NCBI GenBank assembly: GCA_964016885.1
Contig: OZ024741.1
Span: forward strand, 282,534,001 to 282,598,000
Direction: 5' to 3'
From: Eledone cirrhosa
Taxonomy: Eukaryota
Length of the DNA stretch: 64,000 bases
In this document: positions 47,336-58,800 of the stretch, piece after piece
Numbering within the stretch: position 1 is the first letter of the stretch
How the letters are laid out: every line of letters begins with the position of its first letter
Made by a program: the position numbers and the translations under genes
Notes under the pieces: model-generated
What the model saw: the letters and a program-made list of their open reading frames with translations, nothing else
Told to the model about the DNA's origin: nothing
Database searches by the model: none

Positions 47336-47641
47336 CAGTGGAACCTCAGTTCATGAACTTAATTCGTTCCTGAAGGCCATTGATCACCCGAAATATTCAT
47401 AAACTGAAACTATTTTTTCCATACAAAATGTTGGGAGAGAAATACAGTGTTAGAGAGACTGTGTGTGAATGGCAGATAGATATCATTATAGTAACTAACT
47501 ACACAGCAAGTGACACTTTCCCACTGATACTCCAAGCTTGTTGCCAACCTTTGTTGCAGGCTTGCGTGTTTGTTACTCGAGACACCGTTTGTCACCCGAG
47601 ATGTTTTATGTTCAGAAACTTTGTGATGAATGGTTCCACTG
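47336..47641. mobile_element. Tigger/pogo-type MITE
   Basis: TA|CAGTGGAACC...GGTTCCACTG|TA. Confidence 0.85.
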
Positions 47642-47798
47642 TAGTTTTAAAGGATTTTCACTTCATCCTCCACCTTTAATTCCTATGTATGAAAACATTT
47701 CAGTTTATCTATATGAAATTTTATTTTAAATCAAAATTTTTAAAACATCTGAGAAACTGGAAAAAAACTTGCTTCCCTCTTTCAAAAAGATAATTTAA

Positions 47799-48173
47799 CC
47801 TGCTTGACACCAATCATCCCAAAACTGCATCTGGCTCTATGAAACAAAATCATCTATTTTAAAAGGTCCTATTTAAATTAAAATCTTCCAACATAATTTT
47901 ATAAGACATTATTAAACTCATTCAAGTTATGAATATTTTTTCAAAATCCATTTTGTAAGCATATTTCTAACAGTTTTAATTTTCAAAATAATCCAATATT
48001 TAGAGGAATTTTATCAAATAACTCTTTTATTAGAATATTACCTAACAAAAATTTCCTAAATAAAATTAAGATGGAAGGATTTAATATAAGGATAAATATC
48101 TTAAAATGAGCAGTTTTCTATTCTAAGTGCAGGGTGATTTCAGGTGGTTTCAGGTGGTTTGGTATTAAAAGAG
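47799..48173. mobile_element. Decayed piggyBac-type MITE
   Basis: TTAA flanks; degenerate TIRs CCTGCTTGACACCAATC / GTTTGGTATTAAAAGAG. Confidence 0.5.
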
Positions 48174-48609
48174 TTAAGAAAATAGGATGTGACTGGAGTA
48201 GATTTGGCTGCTTGATTTACTACACAGATGCGCCTTGATAATATTTGAGCTTTCATTGGTATTATCTATTAGACTGCTTCTTTGCCCATTTATTTCTGAA
48301 AGGGTTATGGGTGCAGAGTCCTCAGATATGCTATCCAGTGGGTCCTATCAGAAGTAATTCTCCAAATGATCCGGCTGGATCCCATCAGATTTTTCTTCTA
48401 TTTTTTTTTTATTTCATATTCTTAGTCATCCTAAAAGAAACATTTACATATGAAAATAAAATGTTAACAAAATATTGGCTGAAAGAGGAAACAAAATAAA
48501 AAACCTGATGGAGCCCATCTCCTCTCCAGGTCTGAATACAGTAGATTTCTTGCAGAGAAGAATGAAGAGTGAGAATAAAAGTGAGAAAGAGATTGAGAGA
48601 AAAAAAATC

Positions 48610-48760
48610 GACCATAGTACTTGACTGGTACTTTTTTTATTGACTTTAAATGGATGAAAGGCAAAGTTGACCTCAGTAGGATTTGAACTGAGAGAACAGA
48701 GTCAGAATGAATACTGCAAAGCATTTTATCCAGCGTTCTAACTACTTTGCCAATTTACCA
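48610..48760 (-). mobile_element. MetaSINE-like copy
   Basis: CTGGTACTT..GGATGAAAGGCAAAGTTGACCTC..GATTTGAACT. Confidence 0.65.
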
Positions 48761-49772
48761 AATCTGGGATTAGTTTAACATAATTAGATAGGTTAGGGTT
48801 AGGGTAAGTTCGGCTTCAAAGTTAGCTGAAAGTCTAAGACATAGTAAATGATACAATCACTTGAGGGAAAGTCAGTCCCCAAGGTATATAAATTATGAAA
48901 ACATATAAATGTGTGACCTAGTGGTAAGGGTGTTGGATTTACGATCTTAATGACATGGGTTTGATTCTTGGATTGAGTTGTGTGTTGTGTTCTTGAACAA
49001 AACACTTCATTTTATGTTGCTTTAGTATACTCAGCTGAAAATAAGTACCAGAAATAGTTGGGGGTTTAACCCTGTGATGGATTGGCAGACTGTGTAGTAG
49101 CAAGTCTTGAACTCTCAGTCGCTTTACGCCATGGAAACCATGATAATAACTGGCCTGATGAGCCTCGAAGCTCAAGACAGACTTTAGACATTTTAGATAT
49201 AGATGCCCTCTTGGGAGAGTGCAACATTTCAGATAAGATTCAATATGCAAATAAAAGTGTCGTCTCCATCTGACTTAAGAAATTATATGTAACTGGAAAT
49301 AGGAATACCAGATGATAGCGAATAAGAGAGTAAAATTATTTGTACCCGCTTGCAGTTGCCTATTTATTCTGAGTAGGAAAATTTCCATGTTTAGTGAAGC
49401 TAGGTAATTATTAAATTGTTTATTTAATAGGCACAGGACTTTTCACTGACCTCCTCCTCCTCCTCCTCCTCATTATTTTCCTTTCCCACTTATTCCTGAG
49501 AGGTTCAGGGAGTCAGAACCCTCAGACACAACTTCCAGAGGATTTTCGAGATATATAAAAGTTTCTTAATGCTATTGTTAACAAAGCATTAAGGAACTTT
49601 TCTCAGAGCCTACAAATTCCACCAATCCAATCAAAAGATACATCTGCCATTAGATATTAATAAGAAATGAGACTCACTATCTCATATGTTCACTGACGTC
49701 ACACCAAGATGGTAATCCAGTACCAGCAGCATATCAGCATACTTGCATAACTACACCTCATAATGGTATGAA

Positions 49773-49846
49773 CATCTGATGATGTCACATGGAGACTGTC
49801 AATGATATAACCATTGCATAACCATGTCATTGAAATATATATTATG
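49773..49846 (+). ncRNA. Degenerate hammerhead motif
   Basis: CAT-CTGATGA-..ACATGG..CCATGT..-GAAATATATATT-ATG, then AATAAA; stems are short. Confidence 0.4.
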
Positions 49847-49896
49847 CAATAAAAGAATTATGTAAAAGTAACCCTGTCTTAACATTTTGTGTGTAT

Positions 49897-49946
<50 letters not shown>

Positions 49947-50289
49947 GGAGGCACATGGCTTAGTGGTTAGAGCATTGGCCTTGCAATCGAAAGGTTGTGA
50001 GTTAAATTCTCAGACCGGGTGATGTGTTGTTTCCTTGAGCAAGACACTTTATTTCACATTGCTCCAGTTTACTCAGCTGTAGAAATGAGATGATAGGGAC
50101 TGGGGTCCCTATCATTCCACTGCAAAGTGGTCGTGTAGGTGGTACTGCAAAAAAAGCACCCAGCACTCACTGTAAATGAGGTTGGTGTTAGGAAGGGCAT
50201 CCAGCTGTAGAAATCAAGCCAGAATCAGTTCCCATCCCGCTCTTGCAAGCAGGGAAAAAGCGGACGTAAAATGAAATGATGATGATGAT
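49947..50289 (+). mobile_element. tRNA-head SINE with RTE tail, full length
   Basis: Same family as 28288. Confidence 0.92.
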
Positions 50290-50586
50290 ATATATATATG
50301 TGTCTGTGCGTGTGTGTGTGCGTGTGTGTGTAGAGGTGTATATGAAAACATATATAAACATATACCATATGTTTATAAACAATAAACGTATCGGTAGCCT
50401 CACTATCTAAAGAAAATACTTTTGCGTAATGAAAAATTTACTTTTCCTTATTTTTCTCTGTGAATAAATCAGAGAGTTGTTAGTGCAGTTGAGAATGCTA
50501 GCTAGCACCGTTTCAAGATTGGTACTGACATGGAAATAGCCTGGAGTCTATATAGAATATTTTTCAAGGAACTGCTTGTATTTCGG

Positions 50587-50665
50587 TTATTGATTCTGAG
50601 GAAAGTTGACAATTACATGTCCACAGAGATATAGACTAGATTGTAAGAAATACGTATCATAAATA
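50587..50665 (+). ncRNA. Degenerate hammerhead motif
   Basis: CTGAGGA-AAGTTGACAATT..GATTGTAA-GAAATACGTATC; palindromic stem III, weak stem I. Confidence 0.45.
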
Positions 50666-50954
50666 TTCTGTTCTGATTCTAAAGCTGCTTTAGCATTGGT
50701 GTAGTCTTGGTTACCCACTCCGTATGTATACAGTTATAACTTTATCATACACTTCAGCTGTAAATACCAACACAAGCGCAAATTATAATTTTTTTCAATT
50801 TACAGGGAAATTCTTGTCTTGTAGTGTAGTCTCAGTTACCCACTCTGTATGTAGATAGATATAACTTTATATATATATATATGTGTGTGTGTATATACAT
50901 ACATATACATATAAAAAGAGAGTTAGAGAGACAGTTTGCTAGATAGATAGATAG

Positions 50955-51583
50955 ATATCTTTCTTTATTTGCCACAGGGGCGTACAAAAATGGGACATTA
51001 CAAGACATGACGGTGGGGGTTTTACATAAAAATAACTTTAACATTAATAAATAACAATAAATTATATATAATAAAATAACAATTGAAATCCCCATTAGGG
51101 TTGTTTTACACCCCGTGGATAGAACAACCCTCAACACCAGGAACACGTTTTGTAGGTGTTCCTGTCTTCCCTCTGTTTATCTTCCTCAACCTACAGTTTT
51201 ATATACAGAGAAGGCCCATTCACTCGGGCCATTTTTGCCACATTCACCCACCTTTCAGCGAATTTACTGGGGTGTAGCACCTCTCTCTCTACTCTCACCT
51301 TCCTTCGGAAGTGATACTTAAAGAAGGGGATAAGTTGTTGTCCAGCGAGAAAGGTGTTTGCCCTCAGTCCTTTTAACCTCATCCACCATATTACCTCTTT
51401 CGCCATAGCCACCAGACAGAGGAAAACCGCCTCTCCTTCGTTCTTAAATGAAGGCGGCGGGGTGATCCTCACGATGGACTCGGCTGACAACTGGATGTGT
51501 TCCACACGTGACAGCAGCTGTTCAACATAATTCCACAGGTCGGTCACCCCTGGGCACTGAACAATTGCGTGCAGAACGGTTTC
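50955..51583 (-). mobile_element. 5'-truncated Tx1-clade LINE between (GATA)n tracts
   Basis: ETVLHAIVQCPGVTDLW..FAERWVNVAKMARV; 3' AATAAAG. Confidence 0.9.
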
Positions 51584-51599
51584 GATAGATAGATAGATA

Positions 51600-52558
51600 A
51601 ATTTCTTTATTAGCCACAAGGGCACAAAAGAAGGGGACAAATACAAATGGGGAGTTTACATACAGGTATATGAAAATAAAATTATTAATAAAATAACAAA
51701 TAACAATTGATATCCCCAATAGGGAGGAGGTGTTACACAGGGGTTGTACACACCCCGAAAAAATGTACAACTCTCATCTCCAGGAGCATCAAGAGTGAGT
51801 ACACCCTTCCTCTCTTCCTCTTTTTCCTCAACCTACAGGCTTATATAGGGAGAAGGCCCAACCACTCGGGCCATCTTTGCCACATTCATCCACCTTTTAT
51901 AAAATTTTCTGGGGTACAGCACCTCTCTCTCCATCCTGATTCTTCTTCCAAAATGATATTTGAAAAAACGAATCAGTTGCTCGCCGGAGAGAAAGGTGCC
52001 TGACCTCAGCCCTTTTAACCTCATCCACCATATAACCTCTTTCACCACAGCCATAACACATAGGAAAACCGCCTCTCCCTCGTTTTTGAAGGAGGGTGGC
52101 GGTTTGATCATGACAATGGACTCAGTGGTCAACCGGATTGGTCCCACCCGCGACAATAGTCATTCTACATAGCCTCACAGGTCGGTAACGCCCGGGCAGT
52201 GTACAAATGCGTGTGCGACGGTTTCCTCATCGCACACGCATCTCGGACAGATCTTTTTCGAAGGGTCCCTACCCGGGCGCCCGTGTCTGTAGAGCTTGCC
52301 TCGAACTGGTAGAGCTCCTCGGTAGCACTGCCAGGCCAGGGACTTTTGGAAGTTGTCCATTGGTCCTGGGCGGAAGGTCCTACTGAACAGACTGGCCAGT
52401 TCGTCCTCCTTTACGCCTAGAGTTTCTCCGAGCATGTCGTCGCACTTGCTGCGGACCAACCCTCTATAGAATGTTGAAGTGGAGTCTCCACTGATCGCCA
52501 GGTCCATTTGCCAGAGGACTGTGAGCGCCTGAGCACATTCGATGTGTCAGTCGCCCAT
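51600..52558 (-). mobile_element. 5'-truncated Tx1-clade LINE between (GATA)n tracts
   Basis: MDNFQKSLAWQCYRGALPV..CPRC..ETVAHAFVHC; paralogous to 35900-36850. Confidence 0.9.
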
Positions 52559-52969
52559 TAGATAGATAGATAGATAGATATGTTTGTATCTGATAGGATT
52601 CCGTAGTTTCTGTCCACACAATTTTACTTATGAGACATTGATCAACTTGAAGTTATAGCAGAAAAAACAAGCCTAAGCTGAACCCAAAACCACGTGGTTA
52701 TGAAACAGACTCCGTAATTAAACAGCTGCATTTATATCAATTGCGAAATTAGATATAAAAAACTGGACTGATTTTAAAGCTTCTTTCTTCATAAATGTCA
52801 CAATAATAACTTTCATACCTCATTAATATTGTACATATAATGCGCAATAACATTTCTTTGTGTATATTTTGCAAGATTTCTTGTATATCTCTGTATCTCC
52901 AAAGATTTTAGTGATAACACTTCAAGGTGTGAACATTTTAGAAAAGTTAAAAATTTAATTTAACCCTTT

Positions 52970-54357
52970 CATCACCATCATCATCACCCTTTAATGTCTA
53001 TCTTCCACGCTAGTATGGGTTTAGATGGGAATTGTCCCACTTGAGGCAAGATTGGTCGTCTCGCTCGTATAGGACTGTCTGGTAGGTTTTCTATGGCTGG
53101 ATGCCCTTCCTAACACCAACCACATTTACAGTATGGACTGGGAGGTTTTTACCGTGTTACCTACACGGCCACATTACAGCGTGGACTGTGTTTTTTTGTT
53201 GTGACACCTACACGACCTCATTTATTTAGGACTGGATGTTGTGGTACCAACATAACTTTACAGAGAAAGGGGTGGTGTTGATGGTGGTGGTGGTGTGTGT
53301 GTGTGTGGGTGGGGGGTTATATTTTGTTAAGAGGTGCCTACTGACTGTAGGTTTCGCTTTGTACATAGGCTAGGTGGGTCTTCTGTATTACTGCATAGTG
53401 CCAAAGATCTCGGTCCAGTGACATTGTCTTAGAGAGGTGTAAGTGTGTAAGGTCGGAATTTATCAAATCGTCCCAGGTTTTTCTGGGTCTGCCTACTCCG
53501 TAACTTCCATCAATTTTGATCGCCCTGCACCTTTTTATACAGCTGTCGTCTTTCATACGCATCACGTGACCATACCAACGTAGTCTTCTCTCGAGTAAAC
53601 AGCATCTGATCCCTCTTATTCCTAATTTCTCACTTAGTTCATTTATGCTTTGCCGTTCACGTATATTACTATTACACATACAACGGAGCATGCATGCTTC
53701 GTTCCTCTCCAGTCTGCGCAGATCCTCTGCACACAATGCCCATGTCTCACTGCCATGTAACATTGCTGTTCATATGCAGGCATCATACAGTCTGCCTTTC
53801 ATTTTTAGAGAGAAACCTTTAGTGCCCAATAGTGGTATAAGCTCTCTGAACTTTTTCCATCCCGTTCTGACTCTAGCTATTGTACTTTCAGAGCACCCTC
53901 CACCACTGCTGATTTTGTCACCCAGGTAACGGAAGGTGTCCACTATTTCTATAGAACCATCTGGTCAATAGAAGGAGCTAGTATCCTGTGGGCACTTGCT
54001 ACTTATTGCACCTGAGATGAGCACCAGCCACATATAAAATCTACATTCTTAGATAGCTTACCTGTGATCCCACTACATCTTTTATGCACCCATATTTTGC
54101 ATTTGGGACATAAAATGGAATTTCTGCCTACTCCTTTCCTACACACTGAGCATGGCCATTTCCCAGAGTGGACCTGTGCCCTATTTTCCTTCCTACATAC
54201 TAGAACTTTAGTCTTAGGCAAGTTAACTTTAAGGCCTTTTGATTTTAGGCCATGCTTCCATGTTTGGAATTTCTTCTCTAGTTCAGCCATCGATTCAGCT
54301 ATGAGCATTAGATCATCTGCATATAGAAGTTCCCATGGGCAGGCGGTCTTGAACTCC
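52970..54357 (-). mobile_element. 5'-truncated RTE LINE, subfamily B
   Basis: Sister of 21629-23180; YADD region, PHD finger, C-terminus and tail. Confidence 0.93.
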
Positions 54358-55139
54358 TATTTATGAAATTTGTATGTTGAAGTAATAATATATTTTTTTC
54401 TCAACCAAGTTTCAATAAGCAAACCCAAGTCATATACACAAATAGGCACAGACATGGTTGTGTAGTTAAGATATTCACTTCACAATCATGTCAAAGTATT
54501 GGCTGATCTCTAATAAGTCTGTGGTTGAGCCTGTGGCATTGGAGACTTCTGGTGCTTGGCCTCTGGACCACATTTCTACTCACTGCTATCATAGCTGAGT
54601 TGGCTATCCTCAAGTGCAAGCTCTGCAATTTGGAATGACGATTCCAGTGTATCTCCCTTGTCATCCTCCAGGACAATGTCTTCTCCATCCTGTCCACCAG
54701 GACCACAAGGCAGACTGACCCTTGAGTGGTAAATACTGATCACACATACACACACTATAAATAGGCTATTGTGTGGTTTTAGAATGATGGAAAAATAATT
54801 TCTTTCCTTTTCCTTTACACTTTAACTGAAACAACACGTAACTTATCATGTGAAAAAGGCACCAGGGCATCAAGAACTCCTTGAAACTCCTAGCTGGGAG
54901 TCTGGTCTGAAAGCTTGTAATAGAGTGAAGTCTGATAAAAGCAGCCATGTGAGAGGTGGTTGTGTTAAACCAGGTGTTGATGTGCACCTGCCCTCAAAGT
55001 TGGGGAGAGGCTTTATGTCATTAATATCAGGTCAACATTATAAGAATGGTAACTAAGAAGAAAGCAAACATGATGTGTTTGTAGATTCATTTGTGTTTGT
55101 TGACAAGTGACACCTTAGTAATTCCTCTGTAGTGAATTT

Positions 55140-55450
55140 TTAGAAGACAGCGAGAGACTTATGGATAAGACATATGGATAAGAAGGAGAAAGATTGGGAG
55201 AGAGAGAGAGATTGGTGAGAGAAAGAGACTGAGAGATAGATATGGATTAAAGGGAGAGATATTGAGAGATATGGATAAGAGAGAGAATGAGAGATATAAA
55301 TAAGAGGAAGAGAGAATGAGAGATATGGAAAAAATAGAGAAAAAAAGAGAGATTGAGAAATAGATATGAATAAGAGAGAGGTAGAGAGAGGGAGAGATAG
55401 AAGAGAGAGGGGTAGATATGAAAAAGAGAGAGAGTGGGAGAGAAGATAAG
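55140..55450. repeat. GA-rich low-complexity tract
   Basis: Degenerate (GA)n/GATA purine-rich strand. Confidence 0.85.
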
Positions 55451-55669
55451 ATTGTGTGCTGCTGTCAAGTCTTTTATTACATCTTTTGGTTCCTTTTCTT
55501 TTAGAAATATCACAAACATAACAACAGCAAGAATTTCTATAAATGATAAATATTTTCTGAAAGCTATAAACCAAACAAATATCTAAATCTCTAAATATTG
55601 CAATGATAACAGTATGTATGTGTCAATGTCCTTACAACCAGTGCTGTTAACTCTTAACATCAAGAACAG

Positions 55670-55827
55670 TGGATTGGCAGAAACGTTTGTGTGTATGACA
55701 ATTAAATGCTTTGTAGCATGTAGTTACAGGGCTTTACATTCTGAGTTCAAATCCTGCTGACACCAGCTTTGCCTTTCTTCCCTCCAGGGTCGATAAAATA
55801 AAGTACCAGTAAAATGCTGGGGTTGAT
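55670..55827 (+). mobile_element. MetaSINE-like copy abutting the satellite
   Basis: CTGAGTTCAAATCCTG..CTTTGCCTTTC..GGGTCGATAAAATAAAGTACCAG. Confidence 0.7.
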
Positions 55828-58800
55828 TGTGGTGTGTCTATCTCTGTTATAAACACCAACTGTGGTGTGTCTATCTCTATTATAAACATCAAGTGTGGTG
55901 TATCTATCTCTATCTAATAAACACCAAGTATGGTGTGTCTGTCTCTATCTAATAAACACCAAGTGTGGTGTGTCTATCTCTATCAAATAAACACCAAGTA
56001 TGGTGTGTCTATCTCTATCTAATAAACACGAAGTGTGGTGTGTCTATCTCTATCTAATAAACACCAAGTATGGTGTGTCTATCTCTATCTAATAAACAAC
56101 AAGTATGGTGTGTCTATCTCTATCTAATAAAAACCAAGTATGGTGTGTCTGTCTCTATCTAATAAACACCAAGTGTGGTGTATCTATCTCTATCTAATAA
56201 ACACCAAGTGTGGTGTGTCTATCTCTATCTTATAAAAACCAAGTATGGTGTGTCTATCTCTATCTAATAAACACCAAGTGTGGTGTGTCTATCTCTATCT
56301 AATAAACACCAAGTGTGGTGTGTCTGTCTCTATCTGATAAACACCAAGTGTGGTGTATCTGTCTCTATCTAATAAACACCAAGTGTGGTGTGTCTATCTC
56401 TATCTAATAAAAACCAAGTATGGTGTGTCTGTCTCTATCTGATAAACACCAAGTGTGGTGTATCTGTCTCTATCTAATAAACACCAAGTGTGGTGTGTCT
56501 ATCTCTATCTAATAAAAACCAAGTATGGTGTGTCTGTCTCTATCTGATAAACACCAAGTGTGGTGTATCTATATCTATCTAATAGACACCAAGTGTGGTG
56601 TGTCTGTCTCTATCTAATAAACACCAAGTATGGTGTGTCTATCTCTATCTAATAAACACCAAGTATGGTGTGTCTGTCTCTATCTGATAAACACCAAGTG
56701 TGCTGTATCTATATCTATCTAATAGACACCAAGTGTGGTGTGTCTGTCTCTATCTAATAGACACCAAGTGTGGTGTGTCTATCTCTATCTAATAAACACC
56801 AAGTATGGTGTGTCTGTCTCTATCTAATAAACACCAAGTATGGTGTGTCTGTCTCTATCTAATAAACACCAAGTGTGGTGTGTCTATCTCTATCTAATAA
56901 ACACCAAGTGTGGTGTGTCTGTCTCTATCTAATAAACACCAAGTATGGTGTGTCTATCTCTATCTAATAAACACCAAGTGTGGTGTGTCTATCTCTATCT
57001 AATAAACACCAAGTATGGTGTGTCTATCTCTATCTAATAAACACCAAGTGTGGTGTATCTGTCTCTATCTAATAAACACCAAGTATGGTGTGTCTGTCTC
57101 TATCTAATAAACACCAAGTATGGTGTGTCTGTCTCTATCTAATAAACACCAAGTATGGTGTTTCTATCTCTATCAAATAAACACCAAGTGTGGTGTGTCT
57201 ATCTCTATCTAATAAACACCAAGTGTGGTGTGTCTATCTCTATCTAATAAACACCAAGTATGGTGTGTCTATCTCTATCTAATAAACACCAAGTATCGTG
57301 TGCTGTCTCTATCAAATAAACACCAAGTATGGTGTGTCTATCTCTATCTAATAAACACCAAGTGTGGTGTGTCTATCTCTATCTAATAAACACCAAGTAT
57401 GGTGTGTCTGTCTCTATCTAATAAACACCAAGTGTGGTGTGTCTATCTCTATCTAATAAACACCAAGTATGGTGTGTCTATCTCTATCTAATAAACACCA
57501 AGTATCGTGTGCCTGTCTCTATCTAATAAACACCAAGTATGGTGCGTCTATCTCTATCTAATAAACACCAAGTATGGTGTGTCTGTCTCTATCTAATAAA
57601 CACAAAGTATGCTGTGTCTGTCTCTATCTAATAAACACCAAGTATGGTGTGTCTGTCTCTATCTAATAAACACCAAGTATGGTGTTTCTATCTCTATCAA
57701 ATAAACACCAAGTGTGGTGTGTCTATCTCTATCTAATAAACACCAAGTGTGGTGTGTCTATCTCTATCTAATAAACACCAAGTATGGTGTGTCTATCTCT
57801 ATCTAATAAACACCAAGTATCGTGTGCTGTCTCTATCAAATAAACACCAAGTATCGTGTGCCTGTCTCTATCTAATAAACACCAAGTATGGTGCGTCTAT
57901 CTCTATCTAATAAACACCAAGTATGGTGTGTCTGTCTCTATCTAATAAACACCAAGTATGGTGTGTCTGTCTCTATCTGATAAACACCAAGTGTGGTGTA
58001 TCTGTCTCTATCTAATAAACACCAAGTGTGGTGTGTCTATCTCTATCTAATAAAAACCAAGTATGGTGTGTCTGTCTCTATCTGATAAACACCAAGTGTG
58101 GTGTATCTATATCTATCTAATAGACACCAAGTGTGGTGTGTCTGTCTCTATCTAATAAACACCAAGTATGGTGTGTCTATCTCTATCTAATAAACACCAA
58201 GTATGGTGTGTCTGTCTCTATCTGATAAACACCAAGTGTGCTGTATCTATATCTATCTAATAGACACCAAGTGTGGTGTGTCTGTCTCTATCTAATAGAC
58301 ACCAAGTGTGGTGTGTCTATCTCTATCTAATAAACACCAAGTATGGTGTGTCTGTCTCTATCTAATAAACACCAAGTATGGTGTGTCTGTCTCTATCTAA
58401 TAAACACCAAGTGTGGTGTGTCTATCTCTATCTAATAAACACCAAGTGTGGTGTGTCTGTCTCTATCTAATAAACACCAAGTATGGTGTGTCTATCTCTA
58501 TCTAATAAACACCAAGTGTGGTGTGTCTATCTCTATCTAATAAACACCAAGTATGGTGTGTCTATCTCTATCTAATAAACACCAAGTGTGGTGTATCTGT
58601 CTCTATCTAATAAACAACAAGTATGGTGTGTCTGTCTCTATCTAATAAACACCAAGTATGGTGTGTCTGTCTCTATCTAATAAACACCAAGTATGGTGTT
58701 TCTATCTCTATCAAATAAACACCAAGTGTGGTGTGTCTATCTCTATCTAATAAACACCAAGTGTGGTGTGTCTATCTCTATCTAATAAACACCAAGTATG

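Noticed and set aside
54491-54720. Host exon or RTE C-terminal relic
   Set aside because: No convincing motif or splice signals; too degenerate to call.
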